DNA from: Rhina ancylostomus
Lineage: Eukaryota
Reading direction: 5' to 3'
DNA length: 64,000 nucleotides
NCBI GenBank assembly: GCA_030265395.1
Contig: JARFYF010000001.1
Span: forward strand, 124,749,106 to 124,813,105
Part shown: one piece after another, positions 37,085 through 49,646 of the stretch
How the letters are laid out: each line of letters begins with the position of its first letter
Numbering within the stretch: the first letter of the stretch is position 1
Translations under genes and position numbers: made by a program
Notes under the pieces: model-generated
Databases searched by the model: none
What the model saw: only the letters and a program-made list of their open reading frames with translations
Told to the model about the DNA's origin: nothing

Positions 37085-38113
37085 ACCAAAATTGGTATAG
37101 AAAATACCAAAGGCATCCCAACAATAATAGAAACTTATGGAGTGGGAGTGGCAGAGAACCCTAAGCCAATCATTATGACTGGAGAAAAATAATAGGCAGT
37201 CTATTGTGACCAAAGGCTGATATATCCCCTGGATGGTCCTCTGCATTCTGGGGTTTTGAAGGAAATAACTGCAGGGATGGTGGATACACTGGTAAGCAGG
37301 GGTTGTAATATATAGGCATTTATAGAGGACTGACAATCTAACATAAGACAGAGTGCCAGGATAAATACATAATTTTAGGTTTGGAGGCTGTAGCTGGTTG
37401 GCTGCCATGGGGTAAGTGCAGAAGCTTCAACTATTTATACAATCTATGCATTGACTTAGATTTAGGGATTTGGGTGCATTGGAGTCACATTTGCTGATGG
37501 CACAAAGACAGGTGGTGAAGCATGTTGTGTAGAGGATGCAAAGGATAAATGTAGGATGAGTGAGTGGGCAAAATATTTGGCAGTGAGGACATGGGAGGTT
37601 ATCCATTTCGGTGGGAAGTATAGAAAAACAAAATATTGCTTGAATGAAGACAGAAGACTTGGATTGGAGGCAGTTCAGGAAGGTTCACCAGTTTGATGCC
37701 TGAAACAAAGGGGCTGTCACATTAGGGTTGATCAAGCACTCTGGGCCTACATTCACTGATGAGGAGAATGAGATGATCTCATTTAAACATATAAGATTCC
37801 TAGGGAGCTTGAGAGATAATACTAAGAGAATATTTCCCCTTCTGGAAAAGTAGAACAAGGGGGTGCGGTTTATGGTTGCTCATTGAAGATGGAGATGAGG
37901 AGGAATTTGGTCTTTAAGTGAGTTTGGAGGCCAAACTGTTAAGTATATTCAAGGCTGAGACAGAGAGAATTTGAGATAAAATTTGAGTCAGAGGTCAAGG
38001 AGAGCAAGCATGAATGTAAAGTTGAGATAAAGACTAGATTAGCCATGATTTAATTGAATGCTGGATCAGGCTAGAGATGCTGTAAGGTCTACTCCTGCTT
38101 CTTATATTCTTAT
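37085..38113 (+). mobile_element. Degenerate CR1 LINE 3' region
   Basis: tttgctgatggcacaaag (FADGTK), ggaaggttcaccagtttgatgcctg, tail ctactcctgcttcttatattcttatg. Confidence 0.75.
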
Positions 38114-40198
38114 GTAAGTCACACCCATGTGTGCATACATGAATTCATGCCACATACCATACATAAAGTTAGATCTTTGTGTGCATACATATACTCTAGA
38201 TCTTGTCTGCATACATGAAAGAGTCCACACATGCATACATAAACAAGCCCACACATGTACATGAACTTAGGTGCTCACATGCATATGTGCACAAGAGCCT
38301 GTACATGCATTCCTGAAATCAGGAATGTGTGTGTCCATACAACCTCGAGCCTTTCAGACCACTGACTGCAGACTCCAAATGATGCACACCCACCCGGCAG
38401 TGAAGGGTTGCGTGTACACCAATTGGAATTTGATACCTGCTGCATAGAAGGTGTCACTTTCTCAGTGAAAATGTTCCCAGCATTGCCCTAAGCCCCTTTG
38501 AATAGAAGACCTGAGGTTAGTTTTTCTAATTACTTATTGCACCCTCAATTGTTTAAACTCAATGTTATCTGCTGGTTCCAACAAAAATTATGGTGGCCAC
38601 ACTGGGAGTTGAAGTAATGGAGTAATTAGTGCACTGCTATTTTCAATGCTGTACTGTATCATTTCTTTGGAGGAGAGGCCACATATTTGGCTGGCTGCTT
38701 GATGCTAGCTGGTCATGATCAAAATGCTGCTAAATATGGCTAACCTAATATTCAGGGCCTTATTTTAGCACTAGGAGAATAAATTTGTTTAAAGCGGTGT
38801 GAATTATTATGACTAAATTGAAAGGTTGCTATTTATTCTGTTTGTAATTTCCAGCATCCACACTATTTTAAAAAAGATATTAGTTCAGATTATTCAACAT
38901 AACACCCAATGCACTCAATTTAACTCACAGCAAGCAACTAACAGCAATTTACAATGCAAATTCATGCCTCACTACTTTGGCATTCCTGTAAAGAAATATC
39001 TTACAAAAACAGCATATTTTTATGTCTGAATGTCTGGTTTATTGTAGGCTTTGAAATAAATTGGTTTGTATTTCTGACCTTGAAGACCTCAAGAATTAAT
39101 TAACATTCTTATCCTATTCGCACCGATAAGATGATTGTTAAAATAGTTAAGATGATCATTTCCCAAAGACAGTAGCAAGCATTGTTTGCCTCAACAAACA
39201 AAGGTAAAAAAGCCAACAGTTACTAAAAATAAAATTTGCTTCCTCTTATGAACTTCTCGCTGAGAGAACTAACTAGTTCCTTTGAGACTATATATTTATT
39301 CCAATGCTCCAAAAGATAACCATTGAAATGTTCATAACTTTATCTGCAATACACATGAAATAGAATTTAGTAGCATGTAAGAGTGTGTAATTTTCCTGAG
39401 CTGTAATTATTTGGAATGAATTTATTTTTATACTCCAAAGTTTTATTGTGTCAACCTATGATCCATAATTTTCTGTGTGGATTCTCCTAGTACTCCACAG
39501 TTTTCAGCTGGTTAGCTTGTTACTCCTGATTTATTTTTGGCACTGAAGTTAAGGCTGGAGAAAGATCTTCAGAGCTCTTCTGTTCACTGTCTCTCCAAAG
39601 TGAATTTGGGAAAATTGTTTGACCTTTTCCTTCAATATACATTATTTCAAAGGAAAACAACAAAAATATACCCAAATAGTGAGATATTAGTATTGGAAGC
39701 ACAACCAAGCTCCTTAAACAGTGGTTTCTAAAGGTTCGCACACTTGCACTTCCATTCACATGGTCTTTCCAGAATTGCAGCAGCAGATGTAAATCATATC
39801 AGTGACATACCAAGAAAAGCAGAATGGTGTTAGCTTTACACCATTCAGATCATAATGTTATGTTCCATCTTGTTGTCTTGGTTTTTCACTGACATGGGTG
39901 GGGTGATTGTTAAAATATTTAGTGAAGTGGATTGCTTCTCAGTAGCAAATTTCACAATTGTATATTGGAGAAGCCGACATCCAGTATCTCTGAGGAAAAA
40001 AAGCCCACTGACATTGTATAACATTTACACTTATAAATGGATAAAATACAATCGATGGCCAGGCCAATTATGTCCTGAGAATACCAACAGAAATCAAGGC
40101 AAAAGCCATTTTTGAGATGAGGAGGTATATGTTGTAATCTTCAAGAGATAAAGCTTTTTTGGGAAATATGACTGACATTTGTTGTTTTCTCTTTACAG

Positions 40199-40273
40199 GC
40201 CATGTATATGTTTTACGCACTGGCTATAGTTTGTGATGATTTCTTTGTTCCAGCCTTAGAAAAAATATGTGAG
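40199..40273 (+). CDS. SLC24A4: SLC24A4 exon (human exon 4 equivalent), 75 bp, phase 0->0
   Basis: ttctctttacag|GCC ATG...TGT GAG|gtatgt; AMYMFYALAIVCDDFFVPALEKICE, the TM1 region of the NCKX family. Confidence 0.96.
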
Positions 40274-40503
40274 GTATGTTGACATGCATTGACTTAAAAC
40301 ATTAAGAGCATTATAAAAAATATTGTGCCTGAAGCTCACTGTATGCATTAACCACTGATTAAATGCTGGCCTAGATAGTGACACCCAGATCTGGGAAAAC
40401 GAATAAGGAAGTGTGTCCTCAGAGTATGTGTTTGCATACATTATCAAAAAAGATTAAATAGAGGTTGTTTTGATAGATCTAAAGAGATACAGTCTGAAGT
40501 CAT

Positions 40504-40830
40504 TGTCACAATGTTTATCAAGAGCAAACTCAGAGAACCCAAATGCAGCACACCGATATAAGACTGGAGTCAGGATACTTCCTCAGGACAAACACAGGCA
40601 GCAACTGNNNNNNNNNNNNNNNNNNNNNNNNNNNNNNNNNNNNNNNNNNNNNNNNNNNNNNNNNNNNNNNNNNNNNNNNNNNNNNNNNNNNNNNNNNNNN
40701 NNNNNNNATGCTAGGCCCCTGATGGGGCTCAGGTGTGTATTGTTATCTAATCAGTCCAGCATGGAATCCATGTGCTGGACAACAGGCATTAATGGAGCCA
40801 AATTGAGGGCCAGAACTCAGAACCATGACA
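40504..40830 (-). mobile_element. Apparent solo LTR of the chromovirus family, with 5-bp TSD
   Basis: TGTCA...TGACA termini flanked by GTCAT at 40499-40503 and 40831-40835; minus-strand start TGTCATGGTTCTGAG matches the LTR start at 14355; contains an internal N gap. Confidence 0.85.
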
Positions 40831-40859
40831 GTCATGTCTTTGGTGTAGTTTGCCAACGT

Positions 40860-41540
40860 CTCCTTTAGGAACAAGGATCTCTTCACAATCACTTCAATTT
40901 TGTGGGTTCTGAAGGGGCAAACGAAATTACTATGGGAAATGCAGACTCTTCCACAGATAGGCAGAAAGTGGCTGACGAGACAGGTGGATGGTTAGTTTGT
41001 AAAGTGGCGCGCTCCTTCCAGTACTTACACAGAACCTCTATGTGCCCCTGATGAATGGCTCCAAGGCTCTCAATACCATCTTGAATATTCCTTCTCTATC
41101 TTGAGTGACTGTAGACCAGAGATTCCCAAGAGTCGCTGAGGATGTTGCATTGCTTCAAGGGGGCTTGAGCACATCCTTGAATCCTTTTCTCCATTCACCT
41201 GGTGCTCTCCCTGGAGTCTGGTGCAGTTATGTGATAGATGTGGGCAGTCCAATTTAGCTGATGCAGAGTAACTGGGGCCTCAGTGCTGTGGCTGTTGATC
41301 ACAGAGAGGATGTTGATGTTGGTTCATTTATCCTTCCAGTGAATTGGGAGAATTTTTTGGAGACAGCATTGGTCTTTTTCCAGTGCTTTAAGATGACTGC
41401 TGTAGACAATTCAGGTCTCAAAAGTGTACAGGAGGACAAGGATCACTTATGCACAATAGACCATGAGTTTTTTGTCAGGTCTGAGATCTTGATCTTCAAA
41501 TACCATTTTCTTCAATCAACCAAAGGTTGTGCTGCACCGT
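40860..41540 (-). mobile_element. RTE-like LINE 3' fragment
   Basis: Reverse complement CGRVC..H...RTH C-terminal motif; similar to 12265-12710. Confidence 0.6.
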
Positions 41541-41856
41541 GGACAAACTTACAGAACAATTTGTTTGAACCATGTGCCCAAGTGAAACCTTCAGCCACAT
41601 TATGGTACTCCAGCTGGATCTAGAGATGCCGAACAACTAGGATGGGAAAGCTAAGCTGGCCCTGTAACATTCAAGTTAAGCTGATTGTCTAGGTCTTTAG
41701 AAATTAGTCTGTTTAGTTAAGATCACACAAACCATAAAAAGACTATTCCTACAAAGGTATATAACAAATAATATGAACAATATAGACATCAGCAGCTGAA
41801 TAGAGTGATTGACAACTCACCAAAAATATTACAGAATAGACAATAAAAATGATGAT

Positions 41857-41908
41857 TGATCAATTGTACTTGAAATTTAAACTGATCAATTGTACTTGAA
41901 ATTTAAAC
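41857..41908. repeat. Perfect 26-bp tandem duplication
   Basis: tgatcaattgtacttgaaatttaaac x2. Confidence 0.9.
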
Positions 41909-42048
41909 TTATCTTCAAGTTAACAGTTCAGTAGAACCATATTGAAAATTTACCGCGTTCTAAAAATCTGAGGGCTGAGAAGGTGTAATGGTTTGTGCAT
42001 CTGAATATTTGTGATATCCTGTGATGATGTCTCTTTTTTTTAATGTAG

Positions 42049-42133
42049 AGATTACATTTGAATGAAGATGTAGCTGGTGCCACCTTCATGGCTGCTGGAA
42101 GCTCAGCACCTGAGCTGTTTGCTTCAGTCATTG
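42049..42133 (+). CDS. SLC24A4: SLC24A4 exon (human exon 5 equivalent), 85 bp, phase 0->1; alpha-1 repeat
   Basis: ttttaatgtag|AGA TTA...ATT G|gtaatg; [28 protein letters not shown](G), containing the [13 protein letters not shown] alpha-1 signature. Confidence 0.96.
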
Positions 42134-42179
42134 GTAATGTCCCCACACAGTTAATAAATCCTCTGGTACAAATGCAAAA

Positions 42180-42378
42180 TACTGCAGTTGCTCTAAATTT
42201 GAAATAAAATAAAATAGAAAAGTTGCGAATGCTCAGCAGTTAGGCAGCATCTGTGGAGAGAGGAAAGAATTAACATTTCAATTCCAATGAAACATCACTG
42301 ACCTGAAAAGTTAAACCTGTTTTTCTTTCTGCCAAATGCTGCCTGACCAGCTGATATTTCCAGTGCTTTCTGCTTTAA
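42180..42378. mobile_element. Palindromic Penelope-type element in the intron between exons 5 and 6
   Basis: ctcagcagttaggcagcatctgtggagag ... tgctgcctgaccagctgatatttccag inverted arms; centre aatgaaacatcactgacctgaaaagtta. Confidence 0.7.
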
Positions 42379-42900
42379 CAGAGAAAAAAAATATTTGTTT
42401 TACTCTAACATTTAACTACAAGAGTGATGTGTATACGAATATCACTGTCCAGGAAATTCCTCTGAGCTACTGATAATTTAGATATTCATGAAATCCTTGT
42501 AAATTTTCACACACCGTTTATTGGACCTTCCCATTTCGCCTTGTGGAACATAGGCTAGTTCTTCCCAAATCCAAGTGAGTTTCATGAAATTCCATCCCCT
42601 TGGGAAATGATCCATTTAAAATGGGACCCTCCCCTGATTCTTATTTCTAAGTTCATTCTTTGGATTGTATTTTCGATTTCATCAATAGGCTGAGTTATAT
42701 TTCATTTAACTTTGTGCACAAAAAAATCAGTTGTCATTGTTATTATCTGTATTTTGTAGCTGTAGTTTCATTTGCAAAGTTTGCAAATCAACTCGATCAC
42801 TTTAATCTCTGAAAGAAATGCAATTGTTATTTCTTATTTTTCTTATGATGAGGTCTAGTAAAGCAAATGCAAAGTAACACTTTCTTTTATGTTTCTGTAG

Positions 42901-43004
42901 GTGTCTTTATCACCCATGGAGATGTTGGAGTTGGAACTATTGTTGGTTCAGCGGTATTTAACATTCTGTGTATCATTGGTGTCTGCGGACTATTTGCAGG
43001 ACAG
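42901..43004 (+). CDS. SLC24A4: SLC24A4 exon (human exon 6 equivalent), 104 bp, phase 1->0
   Basis: gtttctgtag|GT GTC...GGA CAG|gttggt; (G)VFITHGDVGVGTIVGSAVFNILCIIGVCGLFAGQ; the ITHGDVG form is NCKX4-type. Confidence 0.96.
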
Positions 43005-43177
43005 GTTGGTCCTGTTGAAAAATAATGAGTAAAAATTACCAGCTTATGTTTGTTCAGAATGGAAGTTCTTGAAAACTTACATGCCAGCTCCAGTGTTAAT
43101 TTCCCTGGGGAGACAGAGGCAGACGGGTGTGTATGCCACCTGTTCGCATATCTCTGTCCCAGTACCTGCCAGAAAAA

Positions 43178-43285
43178 AAGTGCAGATTCTGAAAGCCTGA
43201 AATAAAACCGAAATTTCGGGAGATGCTCAGCAGATCAAAGAGCATTTGTGGAGAGAGAAACGGAGTTAAAGTTCAGGTTGAAGAA
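43178..43285 (-). mobile_element. Penelope-type terminal fragment
   Basis: tgcagattctgaaagcctgaaataaaac...ctcagcagatcaaagagcatttgtggagagagaaacggagttaaagttcagg. Confidence 0.55.
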
Positions 43286-43489
43286 GAGTGCCAGGTTAGA
43301 ATGAGGGAAATGGGTCTGAGAAGGTGGTTTTTGACTCACCTTCAGTTGTTCTACTGCTGTTTCTCCTCAAGTGACTCTGCCCCGTACATTCTGAAAAATG
43401 GTTTCCTATTTATTAAGCTACTCTTGCAGAACTGTGAAGCGTGAAAGAAGACAGTTACTCCAGCTGCATCAATCTTAATGCAAAGACAA

Positions 43490-43690
43490 AAACTGCAGAT
43501 ACTGGAAATCTGAAATAAAACTCAATAGGTCAGTCAGCATCTATGGAGAGGGTCTGTTTCAAGTCAATGGCCTTACATTAGAATCTAATATGATTGATGA
43601 ACAGTCACCAACCTGAAGCATTAATTCTATTCCTCTCTCTGTACATGCTGCCTGGCCTGCTGAGTATTCTGATCATTTGTGTTTGTTTTG
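43490..43690. mobile_element. Palindromic Penelope-type element with two back-to-back degenerate hammerhead-like cores
   Basis: gtttcaagtcaatggccttacattag (minus-strand core) and ttgatgaacagtcaccaacctgaagc (plus-strand core) between inverted arms. Confidence 0.65.
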
Positions 43691-45729
43691 CAACAATCTT
43701 ATTACTGGGTACAGCGTAATCACTTGCTGTGCTACTTATATCACCTCAGAATATCAAAGGCAGTCTAGAGCTTTTACAGGTTAAGAACTTCATTTACACT
43801 TACTGGCAAAGCCAGCATTTATTGTCCATTTCGATCTGCGCTTGAATCAAGGGGCTATCTGGCCCATTTCAGAGGTTAGCTAAGACTCAAAGCATATTGT
43901 AATATGAATCACATGGACCAGACTGCAAATTCCTCTCCCTATAGTGAATTAGTGAACGAGGTGGATTTTTATGGCTGCAATTTCCATAGCACAAATTACA
44001 AACATGACATCTAAGTCTAGATTTAATTAATTAACAGTTTAAATATCCCAGATGTTTTGGCGGAATTCAGATTCATATCTAAGGTCTTAGTCCCTCTGGA
44101 TTTCTATTCCACAAATTTTAACCACTCTGCTACCTTGCTATCCTTATCTGAAAAATCTATCGATCTCAACTTTGCTTCAGCCTGGACAGTGGAAGAGAGT
44201 TTGGGATTTCCCCTGCCCTTTGTATGGAAACTCTCCTTGATTTCTCTCTTGAAGGGCCTTGTGTTAATATTATGCCCCCTGTTTTGGATACCAAAGGACA
44301 TTGGTTCTCTTTATTCTATTTAATCCTGTCAAAATTCTAGATACTTCATTTAGATTATCCTTCGATACTCCAAGAACATAGAACGGGTCTTTTGGCCCAC
44401 GATGTCTGCATTGAAAATTAATCTCAATCTAAACTAATCCTTGAAGCCAAAGTAAGGAACCATATCTTGAAAATACTTCTTAGCATTAAATGACTTTTGT
44501 TCCATGCTGAATCTGCAAGGGGCTTGTTTCTCTATGAGGCTAGAATTTATTGACCTTCAACCCACTATCCTGCTGGGAGCTGATAAGCAAAATAACATTG
44601 ACTTTTATAGGCGTATTATTTTAATTGGGGACATAATGAAAGTAATTTCTTGCTGGGGCTGATTCTCCTGTATAAATAGCAGCAGGGTGATGCTAGTTAA
44701 GAGGTCTGGCCCTTGAACTATATTATCCAGTTTTTGATTGTAGCAGAATAACATTCCAGCATCGAGGAAATTGGCCAACCAAAAATATGTTATAATTTGC
44801 ATAATGCCAAATGTACTGGCCTGTAAGTTGATGTTGGCCAGGTTTCCTTCCTCTTTTGTTTGTGTTCTGCATTTTGTATTTTTGACGTAGAATTGCTGAA
44901 TAACACTAAAGAAAAATAAAGAATAACATTTCACTGTTTCCATCAATAATGGTGAGGATTGATAGAAATAATTTAAAGAGGTACAATTCTATCCTGCAGC
45001 AGAAAACCTTCTTATTAGAACCAAGCCTGTTACCCAGAATGTCTAGTTCTCTCTATAACTTAAATCAAACATTATTACCTTTCATAACTGCTGTGTGACT
45101 CAGGATCTTGTTATTTTATATACAAGTTCTTTTACATTAAAAATAAGTTATGGATTATGCTTCATCAATGCCTTATGGCAGAGATTTCCTCATTATAAAA
45201 CAATCATTTCTGGAAATGAAGTTTAAATCTTAAGTAAAATTTTTCTTGATATCTAATTTTGTATTCTTTAAAAGTGCATAGGCTTTTGTGATTTGATGAT
45301 CCCATCTGCCCTATTTTGAAAGCTCAGAAATATACGGAGTCTGTAACAGTATCCTTTTCAACATTTCTCCTTTCATCTTTTAATTTTCTGTTTTGGGGAT
45401 CTTGTTCTGTACATTTGTCTAGACAACAAAATGTGCAAACGACAAGATAAGCGGTATTTACCAAACTGGCTTTAATTTCATTGTCTGATGAAAAAATAGC
45501 AATGATTGATTAACTCCTTGTAAGGCAAGCTGAACAAAAAGAACACTGGCTTAAGTCTCTGAAGAGGGACCTGAGCCCACAGACTTGTGAGTCAGAAAAT
45601 AGAATGGTCCCATCTGTGCCATATTTTCTTAATGTTAAATATCTGGAGAAAGTACAGAACAAATCATAAATAGTATTTGCAAGAAGACATTTAATGGTCT
45701 GACAGGTCTTCTGTCTTCTAACCTCTTTC

Positions 45730-47581
45730 AAGTAAAAGACAGAAACAAAATAACACTAATGGAAAGTACAAATAGATACACAAAGGGTAAGAGAGAGGAC
45801 ATTGGACTGCTGAAAAATGACGCTGGAGAAGTAGTAACAGGGAACAGAGAAATAGCGGAGGAGCTAACTAAGTACTTTGCATCATGCCTCACAGTGGAAA
45901 GTGCCAGTAACATGCCAGAACATCAAGAGAGTCAGGAGGCAGAGTTGAGTGTTCTGGCCATTACTAGGTGGTGGGGAAGGTGCTGGGGAAGCTGAAAGGC
46001 CTGAAGGTGGATATATCACCTGGACCAGATGGACTACACCCCAGAGTTCTAAAAAAGATAACTAAAGAGATTGTGAAGACATTAGTAGTGATATTTCAGG
46101 AATCCTTGGAGACAGGGAGGGTCCCAGAGGACTGGAAAATGACAAATGTGACACCCCTGTTTAAGAAGGGAGGGAGACATAAGACAGGGTATCATGGGTT
46201 GGTTAGCCTAACCTCAATGGTTGGTTAAGATTTTAGAGTCCATATTTAATATGAAATTTTGGAGTACTTGGAAGTACATGACAAAATAGGGTGAAGTCAA
46301 CATGATTTTGTTTAAGAGATATCTTGCCTGACAAATCTGTTAGAATTCTTTGAGGAGGTAACAAGCAGGTTAGACAAAGGATAATCAGTGTATGTTATTT
46401 ATTTGAATTTTCAGAAGGCACTTGACAAGGTGCTGCTCACGAGGCTGCCAAGCAAGTTAAGAGCCCATGGTATTAGAGGCAAGGTACGATCATGGATAGA
46501 AGATTAGCTGACTGGCAGAAGTCAGAGAGTGGGGATACAAAGGTCCTTTTCAGGATGGCTGACAGGTAATCAGCGGAGTTCTGCAGGGGTCAGTGTTGGG
46601 ACCACAACTTTTCACTTTATACATTAATGATCTGGATGAAGGAACTGATGACATTGGTGGCCAAGTTTGCAGATGATACCAAGATATGTGGATGGACAAG
46701 TAGTGTTGTGGAGGAAGGGAGTCTGCAGAGGGACTTGGACAGGTTAGGAGAGTGAGCAGAGAAGTGGCAGATGGAATACAGCATGGGGATGTGTGGGATT
46801 TTGCATTTTGGTAGGAAGAATGAAGGTGTAGATTATTTTCTAAGTAGAGAGTGAATTCAAAAATGGGAGGTGTAAAGGGACATATGAGTCCTAATTCAGG
46901 ATTCCCTAAATGTTAACTTGCAGGTTGAATCAGGGTAAAGATGGCGAATGCAATCCTAGCATTCATTTTGAGAACACTAGAGCATAAAAGCAAGGATGTG
47001 CTGCTGAGGTTTCAGAAGGCATTGGTCAGACTGCATTTGGAATATGTTGTGAGCAATTTTGGGCCCCATATCTAAGGAAAGATGTTCTGGCTCTGGAGAA
47101 GGTCCAGAGGAGGTTCACGAGAATGATTCCAGGAATGAAGGGCTTGACTTATGAGGAGCATTTGATGTCGCTGGGCCTGTACTTGATTGAGTTCAGAAGG
47201 ATGAGGGGGGACCTCATTGAAACCTACCAGATACTGAAAGACCTGGATAGAGTGGACTTTGAGAGTTTATTTCCATTAGTAGGAGAGTCTAGGATCGAAG
47301 GCCACAGCCTCAGAATAAAAGGATGTCCCTTTAAAACTGAGATGAGGAGGAATTTCTTCAGCCAGAGAGTGGTGAATCCGTGGAATTTCTTGCCACAGAG
47401 GACTGTAGACGCCAAGTCATTGGGTGTATTTAAGGCAGAGATTGATAGGTTTTTGATTGGTAAGGGGGTTAAGGGTTACAGGGAGAAGGTAGGAGAATGG
47501 GGTTGAAAAAAAAATCAGCCATAATTGAATGGCAGAGCAGACTCGATAGGCCTAATTCTGCTCCTATATCTTATGGTCTTA
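45730..47581 (+). mobile_element. 5'-truncated CR1 LINE (~1.85 kb) with disrupted RT domain
   Basis: SPGPDGLHPRVLK, PEDWK..NVTPLFKKG, SCLTNLLEFFEEV, GVLQGSVLGP, KFADDTK (from 46663), RMRGDLIETYQI; 3' tail ctcctatatcttatggtctta; stops and frameshifts. Confidence 0.95.
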
Positions 47582-48998
47582 ATACCATGGGAATCAACAT
47601 AACCAGTTAACAGCATTCTTAAATCCTCAGAACAGCAATCAATTGACATTTGCTTTTAAAGAATGTTGGTCTGTATTGATTTTGTCAGAAAGCAGGGTTT
47701 CAGTCACCTGCTTAGTTCCAGGAAAAAGGTCAAAGCTTGATTTTTTTTCATGTTAAAAAGAAGAAAAAGGAGGACTCACTGTAAAGTAACTTTCCTCAGG
47801 GGAGGACTGCACCTCCACAGAATCCTGGAAATATTCTCAGTTGGCACCAGGAATTACTCACTCCTGCTCATGGTATTCTACTAATTAGCCTGGTAAATTT
47901 GAAATTCTACTGGCTTTTTCTACAATAACTAATAGAAAAATTATATAGAATTTACAGTAATAGCAGTCATCAGACAGATAATTAAAATATTGAGATTACT
48001 GTAATTCATTAACTGCTCCTTCTGTGCTAATCCTTTCAGTCCTTAAGAAGTGAATTAGTGGTACCCTCTGCCACAATTAATAATTTTACTGCAGAGTGAG
48101 CTCCAATGCACTCCAAAGTATATAGCCTGATAAAGTAATATAGAATTAACTGTACAGCAATATAATATGAAAATTCAAGAGAAATTTTTAAAACTGTTAA
48201 TATTTTGAATGTAGGATTGTGGACATGTGTGCTTGAAAATGGGTTTCAGCTTTTCTTGGTAGACTGAAAAAACAGAATGAGAGGTGAAGGACAGAATTAT
48301 GCTTCAATTANNNNNNNNNNNNNNNNNNNNNNNNNNNNNNNNNNNNNNNNNNNNNNNNNNNNNNNNNNNNNNNNNNNNNNNNNNNNNNNNNNNNNNNNNN
48401 NNNNNNNNNNNNNNNNNNNNNNNNNNNNNNNNNNNNNNNNNNNNNNNNNNNNNNNNNNNNNNNNNNNNNNNNNNNNNNNNNNNNNNNNNNNNNNNNNNNN
48501 NNNNNNNNNNNNNNNNNNNNNNNNNNNNNNNNNNNNNNNNNNNNNNNNNNNNNNNNNNNNNNNNNNNNNNNNNNNNNNNNNNNNNNNNNNNNNNNNNNNN
48601 NNNNNNNNNNNNNNNNNNNNNNNNNNNNNNNNNNNNNNNNNNNNNNNNNNNNNNNNNNNNNNNNNNNNNNNNNNNNNNNNNNNNNNNNNNNNNNNNNNNN
48701 NNNNNNNNNNNNNNNNNNNNNNNNNNNNNNNNNNNNNNNNNNNNNNNNNNNNNNNNNNNNNNNNNNNNNNNNNNNNNNNNNNNNNNNNNNNNNNNNNNNN
48801 NNNNNNNNNNNNNNNNNNNNNNNNNNNNNNNNNNNNNNNNNNNNNNNNNNNNNNNNNNNNNNNNNNNNNNNNNNNNNNNNNNNNNNNNNNNNNNNNNNNN
48901 NNNNNNNNNNNNNNNNNNNNNNNNNNNNNNNNNNNNNNNNNNNNNNNNNNNNNNNNNNNNNNNNNNNNNNNNNNNNNNNNNNNNNNNNNNNNNNNNNN

Positions 48999-49125
48999 TT
49001 TATACAAGAGGCTCGTTCAATAGTCTTAAATCAGTGGGATAGAAGCTGTCCTTGAGCCTGGTGGTATGTGCTTTCAGGCTTTTGTATCTTCTGCTCGATG
49101 AGAGGAAGGAGAAGGGAGAAAGGAA
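48999..49125 (-). mobile_element. Rex1/Babar-like LINE 3' fragment
   Basis: SRRYKSLKAHTTRLKDSFYPTDLRLLN. Confidence 0.75.
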
Positions 49126-49529
49126 AATGTCACTGAGATAAACGATCAGCCATGATCTTACAAAGTGGTGGAGTGGCAATGAGGGCCTGAATAGCCTACT
49201 CTTGCTGCTGTTCCTTACATTCTCAAACATGTGCTGTGTATAACACATTCACACTTGGATCTCCACACAAACTTGTGAAATTGGACAAAGAGCAGTTGAA
49301 AGATGCAGTATGATGTTGTGCACAGAGTGTCGTGCACTGGAACAGGATTTGTATGTCGCTCCCATCAGGAGCTGCTGTAGATCTCCCAGCTGTCATTACC
49401 ATGCTGACCATTGGGAAGTGAGTGAGTGCTCAAAGAACTCTATCCCTGACAGTTACAGTACAGTGGCTACCAGAGGGGTGAGGAAATACACAGAGCAGGG
49501 GTCACAGCATCAGCCTAGATATGTGGGCA

Positions 49530-49646
49530 AATGAAGGGTCTTGACCCGAAATGTTGTCTGTCCATTTCCCTCCACAGATGCTGCCTGGCCTGCTAAGTTC
49601 CTCCAGCATTATTTTTATGCTTCTGCATCTGCAGTCTCTTGTGTCT
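49530..49646 (+). mobile_element. Penelope-type short insertion with hammerhead-like 5' end and ~16-bp TSD
   Basis: atgaagggtcttgacccgaaatgttg...gatgctgcctggcctgctaagttcctccagca; flanks cctagatatgtgggca (49514-49529) and cctaaatatgtaggca (49647-49662). Confidence 0.75.

Noticed and set aside
36770-37408. 212-aa minus-strand ORF, the longest gap-free ORF
   Set aside because: It is the antisense reading of a SINE plus a degenerate CR1, with no recognisable protein motif.
45730-47581. Possible intact or domesticated reverse transcriptase
   Set aside because: It has multiple stops and frameshifts and is 5' truncated; an ordinary dead CR1 copy.
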